25,041 nt of DNA from a virus (IMGVR_UViG_3300025508_000142:1-25041); one strand, 5' to 3'; positions 7,678-18,112 are shown, counted from the stretch's first letter. Notes: a model not told the origin generated them from the letters alone. Program-made: numbers and translations.

Positions 7678-9609
7678 ATGGGTAAACTGGTCGAGCAAAC
7701 CCTTAGAACCATGTACCAAGGCGTAAGCCGCCAGCCTGATACCGTAAGACTACCGGGTCAGGTTGAAGAAGCAGAGAATGTTTTATTCTCAGTTGTGTCT
7801 GGAGGTTTCACTAAAAGGCCGGGAACTCAATTTGTCGCTGATGTACAACTTGACCCAGTAGATGCTACTGACCATGCTTTCCACAGCTATGAGCGAGACA
7901 CTAACGAGAAGTATCTAATAGTTATAGGCAAGGATACAAATGATACTGGCAACGGTGGTCGATGCAACATAGCTATATTTGACCCATCAGGAACAGCGTA
8001 TAGCCTAACTGCGGGTACTGAAGCTTTAGGATACCTATCTACAGATAACCCTTCGCAAGACTTATCGTTTGCAACAACGGGTGACGTTACTTTTATTGCT
8101 AATAAACTAAAAACTGTATTGATATATGAGGATGGTACGTTTCATCACGACACTATGCCTCACCAGTTAGTAAGAGAAGCAGATGGTACTTTCTCATTCC
8201 AGATGTATTTGGAGTGGGGTGTGCGTCCCGACACTGGGGCAGTAGGAGCAGCAGCAGAAGCTATTATTCCTTCCCCTGATTTTGTAGGAAAAGGTATATC
8301 TGACATTACATTCTTCCGTAACCGTTTCAGTTTTGTATCGGATGAAACAGTTTTCTTCTCCGCGTCTGGTGACTATGTAAACTTCTGGCCCAAGACTGAA
8401 GGTCAGGTTATTGATAGTGATCCTTTTGGTAGAACAGCCTCTAGTTCACAGGTCAATAAATTACGCCATGTGGTTGCCTTCAGAAAAGCTTTATTCTGCT
8501 CTGCTGAATCATCACAGTTTGAACTATCTGGAGATCCTGCTGTAACTCCTACAACAACAACTATTGATGTAGCAACACAATACACTTCGGAACCTTTGTG
8601 TCGCCCTATTGGATTTAGAGACGAACTTTACTTTGCTTCTCGTAGTGGAAGCAGTGCCGTTCTATTTGAATATTTCTATAGCGACAAATCTGTAGGTCAC
8701 ACTGCTAGTGATGTTTTAATCCATGCGTCTGACTACATACCCGCACCGATAACTTGCTTAGTTGGAGACACTGTAACTGGAACTGTTTTAGCGTTAAGTG
8801 GTACTGATCGTTCCACTATATATGTCTATAAAACTTATTGGGATGGTGAAAATAAAGCACAATCAGCTTGGGGTAAGTGGACGTTTGGTAGTGGATCTGT
8901 ACTTCACAATTTAACTATTACCGATGGTGATGTGTTTATTTTAATATCACGAAATGGAATCCTATCGATTGAGAAAATGTCTCTCAATGCTGCTGAGAAG
9001 CCTACCAACTTTAAGTACCCACTTAGGCTTGATGCCTTGCAGTATATTGTAGGGGCTTATGATTCAGTATCTAACACAACTACTTATACCAGTGCCTTCC
9101 CTGTTGACGCGACAACAATGTCTGCGGTTGCCGATAGCGTTGTAGCACCAATAGGAAGTCAAGGTGCTGTTATAACTCCCATATCATCTAGTGGTAATTC
9201 TTTTGTTGTAGGTGGTGATAAAAGTGGAACGCCTATATACCTAGGGTTTAATTACAACATGTCCGTAGAGTTGTCTAAACAATACCTACGAGAGGGTGAC
9301 AATCAAGCAACAGTTACTACTGGAAGGCTTCAGCTAAAGCGTATGTACTTTGATTACAAAGACACTGCGTTTCTTCAAGTAGTAGTGACCCCCGATAAAA
9401 GACCCGCTAAAACTTTTACGTTTAACGGTACAAGCCTAGGCACTATTATCGAAGCTACTCCAGAACTTTTAAGTGGCGTATTTGATGCACCTATTAGATC
9501 TGACGGAAGCACCGTAACTATTAAAATCACTAATCCTTCATACATGCCTTGTACTATTACGAGCGCACGGTGGGTCGGGTTCTTCAACGAAATGACAAGG
9601 CAGGAGTAA
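7678..9609 (+). CDS. Tail tubular protein B (nozzle), T7 gp12-like, shortened (643 aa)
   Basis: GVSRQPD, KRPGT, TMPHQLVR, FFRNR, KAQSAWGKW and GRLQL.R motifs. Confidence 0.93.
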   Translation: MGKLVEQTLRTMYQGVSRQPDTVRLPGQVEEAENVLFSVVSGGFTKRPGTQFVADVQLDPVDATDHAFHSYERDTNEKYLIVIGKDTNDTGNGGRCNIAIFDPSGTAYSLTAGTEALGYLSTDNPSQDLSFATTGDVTFIANKLKTVLIYEDGTFHHDTMPHQLVREADGTFSFQMYLEWGVRPDTGAVGAAAEAIIPSPDFVGKGISDITFFRNRFSFVSDETVFFSASGDYVNFWPKTEGQVIDSDPFGRTASSSQVNKLRHVVAFRKALFCSAESSQFELSGDPAVTPTTTTIDVATQYTSEPLCRPIGFRDELYFASRSGSSAVLFEYFYSDKSVGHTASDVLIHASDYIPAPITCLVGDTVTGTVLALSGTDRSTIYVYKTYWDGENKAQSAWGKWTFGSGSVLHNLTITDGDVFILISRNGILSIEKMSLNAAEKPTNFKYPLRLDALQYIVGAYDSVSNTTTYTSAFPVDATTMSAVADSVVAPIGSQGAVITPISSSGNSFVVGGDKSGTPIYLGFNYNMSVELSKQYLREGDNQATVTTGRLQLKRMYFDYKDTAFLQVVVTPDKRPAKTFTFNGTSLGTIIEATPELLSGVFDAPIRSDGSTVTIKITNPSYMPCTITSARWVGFFNEMTRQE

Positions 9610-9611
9610 TT

Positions 9612-10184
9612 ATGTGCGTCACAGCAATTGTCGCATCTGCGGTAGCAGGGCTTGCAGCGGCATCCCAACAAGCATCAGTGGCTAAATCGTCTACTGAACG
9701 CGCTTATGCTGCTGAAGAAAAAAACCTGGCACTAGTTTATAAAGAGAATGACCGACTACAAAAGGAATCCCATGAGCTATATGACTCAGAGGTTTCAGAC
9801 CGTATTCGGGCATCGAACCGTGAACTGGGGTCACTAGCTGTCCTACTAGGTGAGCAGGGTGCTTCGGCATCCTCCGCTACGTCTTTGACTTTAGACTCAG
9901 CCTATACGACAGGTATGGATATCAGCAGATTAAACACAAGCCGGGATAATCAAACCGCATCTTTACAGGCCAATAAACGGGCAGGACAGATGGGTTATCT
10001 AAATCAAACAACACTAGCTTATAGCCAAGGTGCTGCCGCAGTGGCTAACGCCAACGCAAGTGCGATTGGTTCTATAACAGGTGGTATGTCTACCATTGGA
10101 GGCTCTGAGTCTTTAACCAGAGATTTCAATAACAAACTACGGGGTTTTAACCGTGGCAAACAATCAGACTATACAAAATATTAA
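9612..10184 (+). CDS. Internal virion (ejection) protein, gp14-like
   Basis: MCVTAIVASAVAGLAAA hydrophobic N-terminus, then Ala/Ser/Gln-rich helix. AGGAG RBS supports ATG 9612; synteny fits. Confidence 0.75.
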   Translation: MCVTAIVASAVAGLAAASQQASVAKSSTERAYAAEEKNLALVYKENDRLQKESHELYDSEVSDRIRASNRELGSLAVLLGEQGASASSATSLTLDSAYTTGMDISRLNTSRDNQTASLQANKRAGQMGYLNQTTLAYSQGAAAVANANASAIGSITGGMSTIGGSESLTRDFNNKLRGFNRGKQSDYTKY

Positions 10185-10195
10185 GGGGCTAACTA

Positions 10196-13100
10196 ATGCC
10201 AGAATTATCTAATGGCGGTTCTGGCTCACGCACTAGCAGGTCTGGGCGTAGTAACTCAAAGATCCAGACTAGTGCGGGGCCAACCGCTAAAGTACAAATC
10301 CAAAACCAGAAACTAGCAACCCAAAATAGCCAATCGATTATGAGTGGCGGTTTAGCCGAAGCTAATGCAATTGGAAACATGGGTAAGGCAATGAGTGGTT
10401 TCTTCGGTACGATAGCCGAGGTCGATTCAAACCTAACGCAAGTTGAACGTGCAGAAGAACTTCGTGTTGCTAACGAAGCACAAGTTGAGCGTAAGCAAAT
10501 TAGGCGTGAACAAGATGCTGAACTTGCATATCAAAAGCGTGTACAAGATGCTGAAGAGAAAGCCAAGATAGCTGGTTGGGAAAAGAAATCACAAGATAGA
10601 CTTGATGCACTTCGTAAAGAACGTGAAGCCAACAATACAGCGGGTCTAAAAGAGCGAGAAGCCAAAGTCCAGCAGCAGAAAGATAGTCTAGCCGCTGCTG
10701 TGTACATAGGCACTAGAAACAGCACCGTTTCTGAGTTAACAGTGGGACTTGAGAAGACCGTCATAGATGCCCACGATGTAATGGGTAATGTTAGCTTTGC
10801 TACAAAAGCAGAAGATTACTTCACAGCAAACTTTACTGAAACAGGTGACCCGGTTCTTGATGCAGAAATTAGAAACTCATATGAGGCCAAAGTATTCCCA
10901 TACATATCTAAGTTTGCCGAAAAGCGTGAGGTTGCCGTAAGAGAATATGCATCTAATCAACTATCGGGTGAGATCAACAGTCGTGATGATATGCACTTTG
11001 GTAAGAACTTTGCCGAAGACTTTAGTCGATACAAAGCTATCCATCCAAATATGGGTGACAACAAAGTATCTGCAAACATAATCAACATGTATAAAAATGC
11101 TGCTAATAATACTGGCAACATAAAAGAGTTCAGTCGTTTTATTAATGGTTCTGCTGTCATTAAGGTGGGCGATGTCTTTAAGACGTTTGCGGATCAATTC
11201 CCTGATGCGGCTTCGGAGATTCTATCTAAAGGTTGGGCTGAACATCAGTCTAAACAAACCCAAGAATCTTCAGCATTGTCTGCAAGTAATATCGCTCAAA
11301 CTAATGCGATAGAATTTGGCCCCAACAATGAAGAAGAACTCGCGGCCGCTATGATGCAAGCTGTTGATTTTAATAATTTGCACGGTGATGAAGTTAATTA
11401 CAAACTTCAAGTTAAAGCAATAGATGCTATGACTAAGAAGTTGGGTGACCTAAAAGCTTCTAAAAACCGTTGGGACGCTGTGAACTCAGGTCAACCTACG
11501 ACACTGAAACCTGAGACTTACAACGCTGAACAGCTAACAAGGTTACTCGCAAACCCAGCGACTGACTTTACTAACGCTGATCTGACGGACGAAGAGTTTG
11601 CACAGGTATCTACTAATGTAACTGCATTGCTATTTAACAATGAATCTCAGATGGGTGATATATCTCCAAGAGTTAAGTCAGCAATAAGCAGTATGCTAAC
11701 TTCACTTGATCCTTTAATGAATCAACGAGGCTATGCTTTACTACAGAAGTTGGATCAAACAGATAGCTCAATGTCTAGTAAAATCCTAGGCGCTAACTCA
11801 GACGCATCTGCGCTATATTCCTATGCTGCTAAGAATGGTGTAACGCTAGGCTATGTTACCCAAGACCTAGAATTACAAGCTCTGCTGAAAGATCCACAAG
11901 TAATGAAGGATACTCAAGCAGCAACTCAGGCGTTATATGAGACTACAAGCCCCGTAGCTACATTCACTAAGATAATGAACCCATCCTATACTGCGTTTGG
12001 TGGAACACTACTACACAGTCCAAGTATTCGTAAATTGGGTGAGGCTTTGGAGGTGGATACTGATGATCTATTTGTCGATCCTAATGGTGCTGTAGCGAAG
12101 AAGTTTATGGATCTTCATACTGCGTTTACCATTGCTGCTCAAAGTAGTGGAGGTGCGGGTGACCCAGATCAGATCATTACAGATGTGTGGAATCACATGC
12201 TTCCAACCCTAGGTCGCGTTAGGAAATCTAATGACCGTGTAGGGGTAGTACTAAAGGCAGATCAGGTTCCTTTGCCAGAGGTTGGTACTGTGGATGAAAA
12301 TGGGAATGTTAATACTCAGGTTCATGATGTTGCAAGTATGCCTAACCCTTATGATACTTCTAGAAGCTTTAGCCCTAGCGGGAATCTTGATAACTCCATT
12401 GATGCTGTATCTAAGATGGATATGTTTGGTGGTGCTGGTGTTGGTTTTCGTCAGAATGATGATGGTACAGGAACAGTAACCTTGACCTCTTCTCACGAAG
12501 TAACAGGTCAGCAACAGGATGTAATATTAGAATCTGGTATGACTTATGACTTCGGTCAAGCAGGGGAGCAGCCGGGAGTATATGACTATCTTACTAACAT
12601 CGCTGCTGCACTTGAGGATCGTGGAAGTTCTAGTATTCCTGTTGAAATAACAGGTGATCCCGTAGTTGACGAAGCAACGCTAAAGGCTATTGAAGATAAA
12701 CTCCCTGAGTCTGTTCATCTAGTTCCTATCTACGATGCTGGCACTACTGCTGCTGATATAGCCGAAGGGGCGCAAGCTACTGGCTACAAAATCAGAGCGT
12801 ATGCTCACATGAGTAAAAATGATATTGACTTGGATAATCTTTATACCGCTGAAGAAATACAGGAAATGTCATTAGGTGGTCACGTTAAGCCAAGGGCTAT
12901 GCGTAGTTACGACTACCCGGCATTTGAGAAGAAAGGTAACAAAGATCATAACTTAAAAATAGATCAGGCTATTACAAAGGATAGGCTTCCGTTTATGACA
13001 TCTACGTCACAGAGTGATGCAGATCAAAACGCTATGTTGCAAGAAGGTGTAATGAATCAACTAGCTGCTAATGACAAAGTTAGTCCAACAGTAGGATTAA

Positions 13101-13864
13101 CTAGCATTAATAAACCATTAAAAGCTGGCTTTGATTTAGATATATCTGGTGATGCAATAACCGATGCTGCTGAAGACGTATCTTGGTTTATTCAAGACAC
13201 ATATACAAAGGTAAAAGAACACATGAGTCCAGAAGAAAGTCCCCAATACACCGATCAAAGGTTTGAAATGATTGCCGAGGCAGAAGCTTGGAGGTCAGGA
13301 GCATACTGGGATGGTGTCAAGAGCGCACCGAATGGTAAGGGTTACCGAACTGTTGGGTATGGTTACAACATGGATTCTGTAGGTCATAAAGACTTATTCA
13401 TGAAGACACTACAAGTCGGTGAGAAATACTTTGATGCTGTTCACAAAGGCACGGCTGAAATTACTGAGGCCCAAGGCCGTAAGTTGTTTGATGCTGCTGT
13501 AGGTGAAGCTGAATCTGTTATCGATAACCGCCTTAATGGTGTGGATCTTAACCATCAACAACGACTAGCACTGGTATCTATGGCTTACAACTCGCCAAAG
13601 CTAATCGGTGAAAACTTAGTAGGTCATTTAAAGGGTGGTCGTATAAATAAGGCTGTGGAGGAAATACTCTACAAGTCTAACGGATCACGGATGCTTGGCC
13701 TTTACAACAGACGCTACGAAGAAGCCCTAACATTTGTTGGTGCTAACCGAGAGCATGGTATGCCTTCTTATCTAGCCTATATGGCTACGGTGTTACCAGA
13801 GAAGTATGCGGCTAAGTATGCAGCCTCTCAGGAAGCACAAGGTAAGGACAAAGCTAAAGTTTAA
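10196..13864 (+). CDS. Internal virion protein, gp15-like, with C-terminal T4-lysozyme-like muramidase
   Basis: 1222 aa in the gp15 position. C-terminal EAWRSGAYWD...RTVGYGYN...ALVSMAYN...RRYEEA has the GH24-like E-x8-D...T arrangement. Confidence 0.8.
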   Translation: MPELSNGGSGSRTSRSGRSNSKIQTSAGPTAKVQIQNQKLATQNSQSIMSGGLAEANAIGNMGKAMSGFFGTIAEVDSNLTQVERAEELRVANEAQVERKQIRREQDAELAYQKRVQDAEEKAKIAGWEKKSQDRLDALRKEREANNTAGLKEREAKVQQQKDSLAAAVYIGTRNSTVSELTVGLEKTVIDAHDVMGNVSFATKAEDYFTANFTETGDPVLDAEIRNSYEAKVFPYISKFAEKREVAVREYASNQLSGEINSRDDMHFGKNFAEDFSRYKAIHPNMGDNKVSANIINMYKNAANNTGNIKEFSRFINGSAVIKVGDVFKTFADQFPDAASEILSKGWAEHQSKQTQESSALSASNIAQTNAIEFGPNNEEELAAAMMQAVDFNNLHGDEVNYKLQVKAIDAMTKKLGDLKASKNRWDAVNSGQPTTLKPETYNAEQLTRLLANPATDFTNADLTDEEFAQVSTNVTALLFNNESQMGDISPRVKSAISSMLTSLDPLMNQRGYALLQKLDQTDSSMSSKILGANSDASALYSYAAKNGVTLGYVTQDLELQALLKDPQVMKDTQAATQALYETTSPVATFTKIMNPSYTAFGGTLLHSPSIRKLGEALEVDTDDLFVDPNGAVAKKFMDLHTAFTIAAQSSGGAGDPDQIITDVWNHMLPTLGRVRKSNDRVGVVLKADQVPLPEVGTVDENGNVNTQVHDVASMPNPYDTSRSFSPSGNLDNSIDAVSKMDMFGGAGVGFRQNDDGTGTVTLTSSHEVTGQQQDVILESGMTYDFGQAGEQPGVYDYLTNIAAALEDRGSSSIPVEITGDPVVDEATLKAIEDKLPESVHLVPIYDAGTTAADIAEGAQATGYKIRAYAHMSKNDIDLDNLYTAEEIQEMSLGGHVKPRAMRSYDYPAFEKKGNKDHNLKIDQAITKDRLPFMTSTSQSDADQNAMLQEGVMNQLAANDKVSPTVGLTSINKPLKAGFDLDISGDAITDAAEDVSWFIQDTYTKVKEHMSPEESPQYTDQRFEMIAEAEAWRSGAYWDGVKSAPNGKGYRTVGYGYNMDSVGHKDLFMKTLQVGEKYFDAVHKGTAEITEAQGRKLFDAAVGEAESVIDNRLNGVDLNHQQRLALVSMAYNSPKLIGENLVGHLKGGRINKAVEEILYKSNGSRMLGLYNRRYEEALTFVGANREHGMPSYLAYMATVLPEKYAAKYAASQEAQGKDKAKV

Positions 13865-13878
13865 TATAGGTAATATTT

Positions 13879-16800
13879 ATGGACTTAATTCGTTCAAGAA
13901 CAACGGCAGCGGAAGATACGTTTACTCGTATCCAAGCTGTCGATAGGGAAGTGGCTTCGTTTAAGCCACAAGGAAATGTACGGTCTATAGATGAAGAGGA
14001 AGCACCGGGTATTCTCGAAACAGCACTGTCATTCTATAAGCAAGAAACCTTAATTGGTTCTGCTTATATGGCATCTGGTGAGACTATTCATGGCCCTCAA
14101 GATCCTAACTTTAATGTGTTCCGTCATTACATCGAAAACAAAGATGACCTCGTAGATATGGAGTCATCAATTAAACAAGGTATGTTTGATAACGTAGACA
14201 ACGAACTTCACTTTGACCAGCGTCTTGAAAGACTCCGTTCTGAGAGAAAGAACCGTGACAACATGGCTAACGGCAATGGTTACGGAATAATGCTTGGCAT
14301 GGGATTCTCCCTGTTAGATGTTATGACCCTTGTTCCTATTTTGGGTACAGCTAAGAAGGGTAAAATGTTAGCTAGTGCTGCTGATTATGCAGCCAAGTCG
14401 GGCGCAATAGTTGCGGGTCAAGAAGTCGCTTTGCACCAGATGCAAGACTACAGAACAATGGATGAATCCTTGATAAACGTCTTAGCCAGTGCCGCTCTTA
14501 TGAGTGCTGTTGGTGGTTTTAAAGGCATGAAGCCAATGACCCCTGCGGTCAGGAATCAACCAGAAGTTACTGCCCCAGAATCTGCTCCAGGATTCCAAGC
14601 GGCTGATCCAAACTTCATGGGGCCACTACCCTTAAAGGCTAACGATCCAGAGTTCTCTGGTGCTGATGAATTTGCTGGCCCAATGAACGACTCTGCTGGT
14701 GCTGCTAGGGTTTCCGATGGCACTCAGTCAGTCATGGACGGTAATAGAGGTGTCGTAGCTAATGTCCTAAACAAGGCTGTTGGCTGGATTGATCAGACTA
14801 CTCCTATTGGTCGTTCATTTAACTGGTCAGTTCAAGAGGCTCGTAGTATCACTCAAAAGCTTATGGACACAGGTGGTCGAGTAAGCAAGGGCGCGGCTGA
14901 AGGTAAAGCTGAGATCAGTGCTGAGTCGGTTAAGAATGCTTTAAAGACTGAGTACGATACTCTTCTTCTACAGTCCGAGAACATTGTTACTAACCTAAAC
15001 ATGGCGATGACAGGGAAGGGCCGTATAGCCCAACAACTAAAAGCTGATGCGACCCGGTTAGTTAACTGGTCACAGAGTGCTACGGGTCAAGCCGAAACCT
15101 TTGAGATGGGATTACTGAAGCCTAGTGAGTTTAACGAAGTAGTTGTTAAATCTCTTCATGGTTATATGGATGCTGATGATCTAGCCAAGCTTGAAACCAA
15201 GTGGGGGCCAGAGAACGCAAAGCTAATCAAGAGTGCTGCTGATGAATATACCCAATCTATTCATGCCAGTAACCGTCACTTAGAAGACATGATGGTTGAG
15301 AACGGCCTGATTACCGACAAGATGCGTATGGGTGATGACTATAAAATGGCTCAGTTGTGGGACAGTAGGAACATAAGAGAAGACTCTTTTAAAGCTAAAG
15401 ACTTCTTTATTAAGATCTTGCAAGAATCGCCTACAGAAGAGTTTATCGAAGAGTATGGTTTAAGCCTAGATGACTTCGCTAAGTTTGGTCTTGAGGACGT
15501 TAAGATAAAAGATATCTTTAACGACAGCGTAGACCGGGTAATCACAAAAGAAGAAGGTCAACGATTTAAGGGAGAGATCCTAGAAGAGTGGGCTGGCAAT
15601 AACTACGAGATGAAACTAGCAGAGATAGATGAAGCAGCGAAGGTTGCCCACATGGAAGAAATAGATGCTCGTAAGGGTATGGTTGAAGCTGCCGCAATGA
15701 TTCGTATGAACACTACTAAGATTAAAAACCTAAGTATTAAAGTTGCTAAAGATATCGTCCGTAAAACCTATGAGAATCTAGACCTAACCAGAGCCACTAG
15801 AGTTCGTGTAAAGAATGAAATGGTTGAGGCACAGGCTGAACTCAGAGTTAAGCTTGAGAAAGAATACGCCCAACAGTTAGCTGTTGTGGAACGTGGCCCA
15901 ACTCAAAAAGCAATCAATGCTGCTAACAGCGCATACCGTAAGTTACAAAAGGAATCTAAAAGAAGTGGTGCATTAGAGCCTGATCCCAAAGTTTGGAGAG
16001 AAGCAGAAGATGCTATTACGCAAGCTGAGATAAACCATGTTGTAGCTATTGATGATATGTGGAGAAGCATAAAGGTCAATACGCCAGCAATGGCAAAGTA
16101 CAAACAGATTGCTTTAGAAGCCAGAAAGAAAATACGGGATGCTGAATCTAAGATAGCTAAGAAGCAAACTAAGGTTACGGATTTGGAAGTTGCTGTATCC
16201 AAAACCCAAGCGGCTATCAAAGGCACAAGAGATCTTAACAAGGAATCCCGTGCAGCTTATAAAGAGATGAAGAGTTACTGGCGACAAACGGCTAAGTCAA
16301 AGAAGAAGACTGCCCGTATGCAGCGTAGGTCTGGTTCTCTTAAAAGTATGAATGACACGGTGGAAGATCTAGTTAATAACCTACAGCAAAACCAGAAGTC
16401 TCCACAGGGTGTTCTCACTGAATCAATGTTTCAAGGTGGTCGTAGTAAAAGCCGAAGTATTCGGATGACTCCCGAACAAACTAGAGAGGCTCATGAGTTA
16501 GGAATCCTAAAGGGTGACCTACATGTGGTTCTTGATAAACAGTGGGAAGAAGTATCTGCCCGACTAGCTATTAAGAAAGTGTTCGGTAAGGACGCGGCTT
16601 TAGATATGAGTGACCAGAAGGCTAAGATAAGCGATAGCTATGACTCAAAGATAGCTGAACTTAGGGGTAAGAACAAAAAGTCCTCACACCTAGCTTCCGA
16701 AAAGGTAGCTGTATTATCAGACATTGATGGTTTACTTGATCGACTTTATGGTCGTGCAGGAATGCCTGATGATCCTGACAGTGCATTGTTCTGGGCTGCG

Positions 16801-18105
16801 GGTAAGGCCCGTGAATATAACTTCACACGCTTTGGCCCTGAGTTCATTATCACTTCCTTTACTGATGCCGCTAACATGGTGTTGACTAATGGTTTCGGTG
16901 TGTACGCTGGTAAGTACTTTAGGGCTTCATCTGACATCTTAAAGAACTCTCCTGATGATGTGATCCATAAGATAGCTGTTGCTTCTGAAAGATTGCTTCA
17001 CCAAGCGCGTCACTTAAAGCTGGCTGGTGCTGATAACTTTAATCAAGGGATTGGTATTGGAGCGACAGGTTCCACCAAGCAAGTTGTTACAGCTAACATA
17101 GATCGTTTGACCGCTGGTCTTAACGAGAAGGTTAACGTCATGTCTGGACTAGCTGCTTGGAACATGAAGCAAAAAGCTATGACCATGATCTTCCAGCAGG
17201 ACAAGTTAATTGATCTGGTTAATAACCCTAGTCTGCTAGATGACCTCACTAGAGCAAAGCTGGCTACTATAGGTATTGGCCCTGATCAGTTAGCCCAGTT
17301 CAAGAAGCTAGGAAAAGAGTTTGGCATATCTAATGATCGTGGTGTTAAAAGCTTTGACGCACAGAAATGGCAGACCCGTAACGAAGTAGAGTATGTTGCC
17401 GCCCGTAAGGAATACGATCAAGGCAAGAGGCTACTTAGCGAGGGTAAGATCGAAGACAAAGACCTAGACTTCCTGCGTGATGCTATGGAGTCTGAATATA
17501 AGCTGTATGCGGAAGGCCGTGAGGCTTACACATCGTTTGTAGGGTCTATGCGACAAGCTGCTGACCGGGGAATTATGACACCCGGTATTGGTGACACACC
17601 TCTGCTAATGGATGGTGCTATCGCTAAGATGATGATGCAGTTCCAAACCTATGGATTCGTTATCATGAACAAGATGATTGCCCCTGCGGCTCAGAGGATG
17701 CACCACTATAAGGATGCAGATGCTGTGGCTTCTATGGCAATGGCCTTGGCTTTAGGCGGTCTTGTAGTAATCACTAAGGATATGATCCGTAATGGTGAGA
17801 TACAAGAGCGTTCCAATGGTCAATGGGTTCGTGATGTTCTTGATCGGTCAGGTGCATTAGCTTGGCTGTCTCCGTATGCCGCTGCTATAGAAAAGACTAC
17901 TGGTCTTGGTGCAGGAGGTTCGCGGTATCAGGCTAACAACACAATCGGACAAATTGCTGGCCCATCATTTGGATTAGCAACCGACTTAGGTACTGGCATC
18001 AACGCTATGCTAGACCCAGCGAGAACGGATGGTGCAGCCAAACTTCGTAGGCTTGCTCCATATCAGGCTCTGTTCAAAATAGCTGATCTAACCTCAGACG
18101 ATTAA
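13879..18105 (+). CDS. Large internal virion protein, gp16-like
   Basis: 1408 aa in the gp16 position. C-terminal IMTPGIGDTPL...MMQFQTYGF and LDRSG.L resemble podovirus gp16-family C-termini. Confidence 0.8.
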   Translation: MDLIRSRTTAAEDTFTRIQAVDREVASFKPQGNVRSIDEEEAPGILETALSFYKQETLIGSAYMASGETIHGPQDPNFNVFRHYIENKDDLVDMESSIKQGMFDNVDNELHFDQRLERLRSERKNRDNMANGNGYGIMLGMGFSLLDVMTLVPILGTAKKGKMLASAADYAAKSGAIVAGQEVALHQMQDYRTMDESLINVLASAALMSAVGGFKGMKPMTPAVRNQPEVTAPESAPGFQAADPNFMGPLPLKANDPEFSGADEFAGPMNDSAGAARVSDGTQSVMDGNRGVVANVLNKAVGWIDQTTPIGRSFNWSVQEARSITQKLMDTGGRVSKGAAEGKAEISAESVKNALKTEYDTLLLQSENIVTNLNMAMTGKGRIAQQLKADATRLVNWSQSATGQAETFEMGLLKPSEFNEVVVKSLHGYMDADDLAKLETKWGPENAKLIKSAADEYTQSIHASNRHLEDMMVENGLITDKMRMGDDYKMAQLWDSRNIREDSFKAKDFFIKILQESPTEEFIEEYGLSLDDFAKFGLEDVKIKDIFNDSVDRVITKEEGQRFKGEILEEWAGNNYEMKLAEIDEAAKVAHMEEIDARKGMVEAAAMIRMNTTKIKNLSIKVAKDIVRKTYENLDLTRATRVRVKNEMVEAQAELRVKLEKEYAQQLAVVERGPTQKAINAANSAYRKLQKESKRSGALEPDPKVWREAEDAITQAEINHVVAIDDMWRSIKVNTPAMAKYKQIALEARKKIRDAESKIAKKQTKVTDLEVAVSKTQAAIKGTRDLNKESRAAYKEMKSYWRQTAKSKKKTARMQRRSGSLKSMNDTVEDLVNNLQQNQKSPQGVLTESMFQGGRSKSRSIRMTPEQTREAHELGILKGDLHVVLDKQWEEVSARLAIKKVFGKDAALDMSDQKAKISDSYDSKIAELRGKNKKSSHLASEKVAVLSDIDGLLDRLYGRAGMPDDPDSALFWAAGKAREYNFTRFGPEFIITSFTDAANMVLTNGFGVYAGKYFRASSDILKNSPDDVIHKIAVASERLLHQARHLKLAGADNFNQGIGIGATGSTKQVVTANIDRLTAGLNEKVNVMSGLAAWNMKQKAMTMIFQQDKLIDLVNNPSLLDDLTRAKLATIGIGPDQLAQFKKLGKEFGISNDRGVKSFDAQKWQTRNEVEYVAARKEYDQGKRLLSEGKIEDKDLDFLRDAMESEYKLYAEGREAYTSFVGSMRQAADRGIMTPGIGDTPLLMDGAIAKMMMQFQTYGFVIMNKMIAPAAQRMHHYKDADAVASMAMALALGGLVVITKDMIRNGEIQERSNGQWVRDVLDRSGALAWLSPYAAAIEKTTGLGAGGSRYQANNTIGQIAGPSFGLATDLGTGINAMLDPARTDGAAKLRRLAPYQALFKIADLTSDD

Positions 18106-18112
18106 AACCTTT

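Noticed and set aside
12282-12479. 65-aa hydrophobic alternative-frame ORF inside the gp15-like gene
   Set aside because: The Leu/Met/Val richness is expected from shifting a frame rich in NNT codons. No lipobox or convincing RBS.
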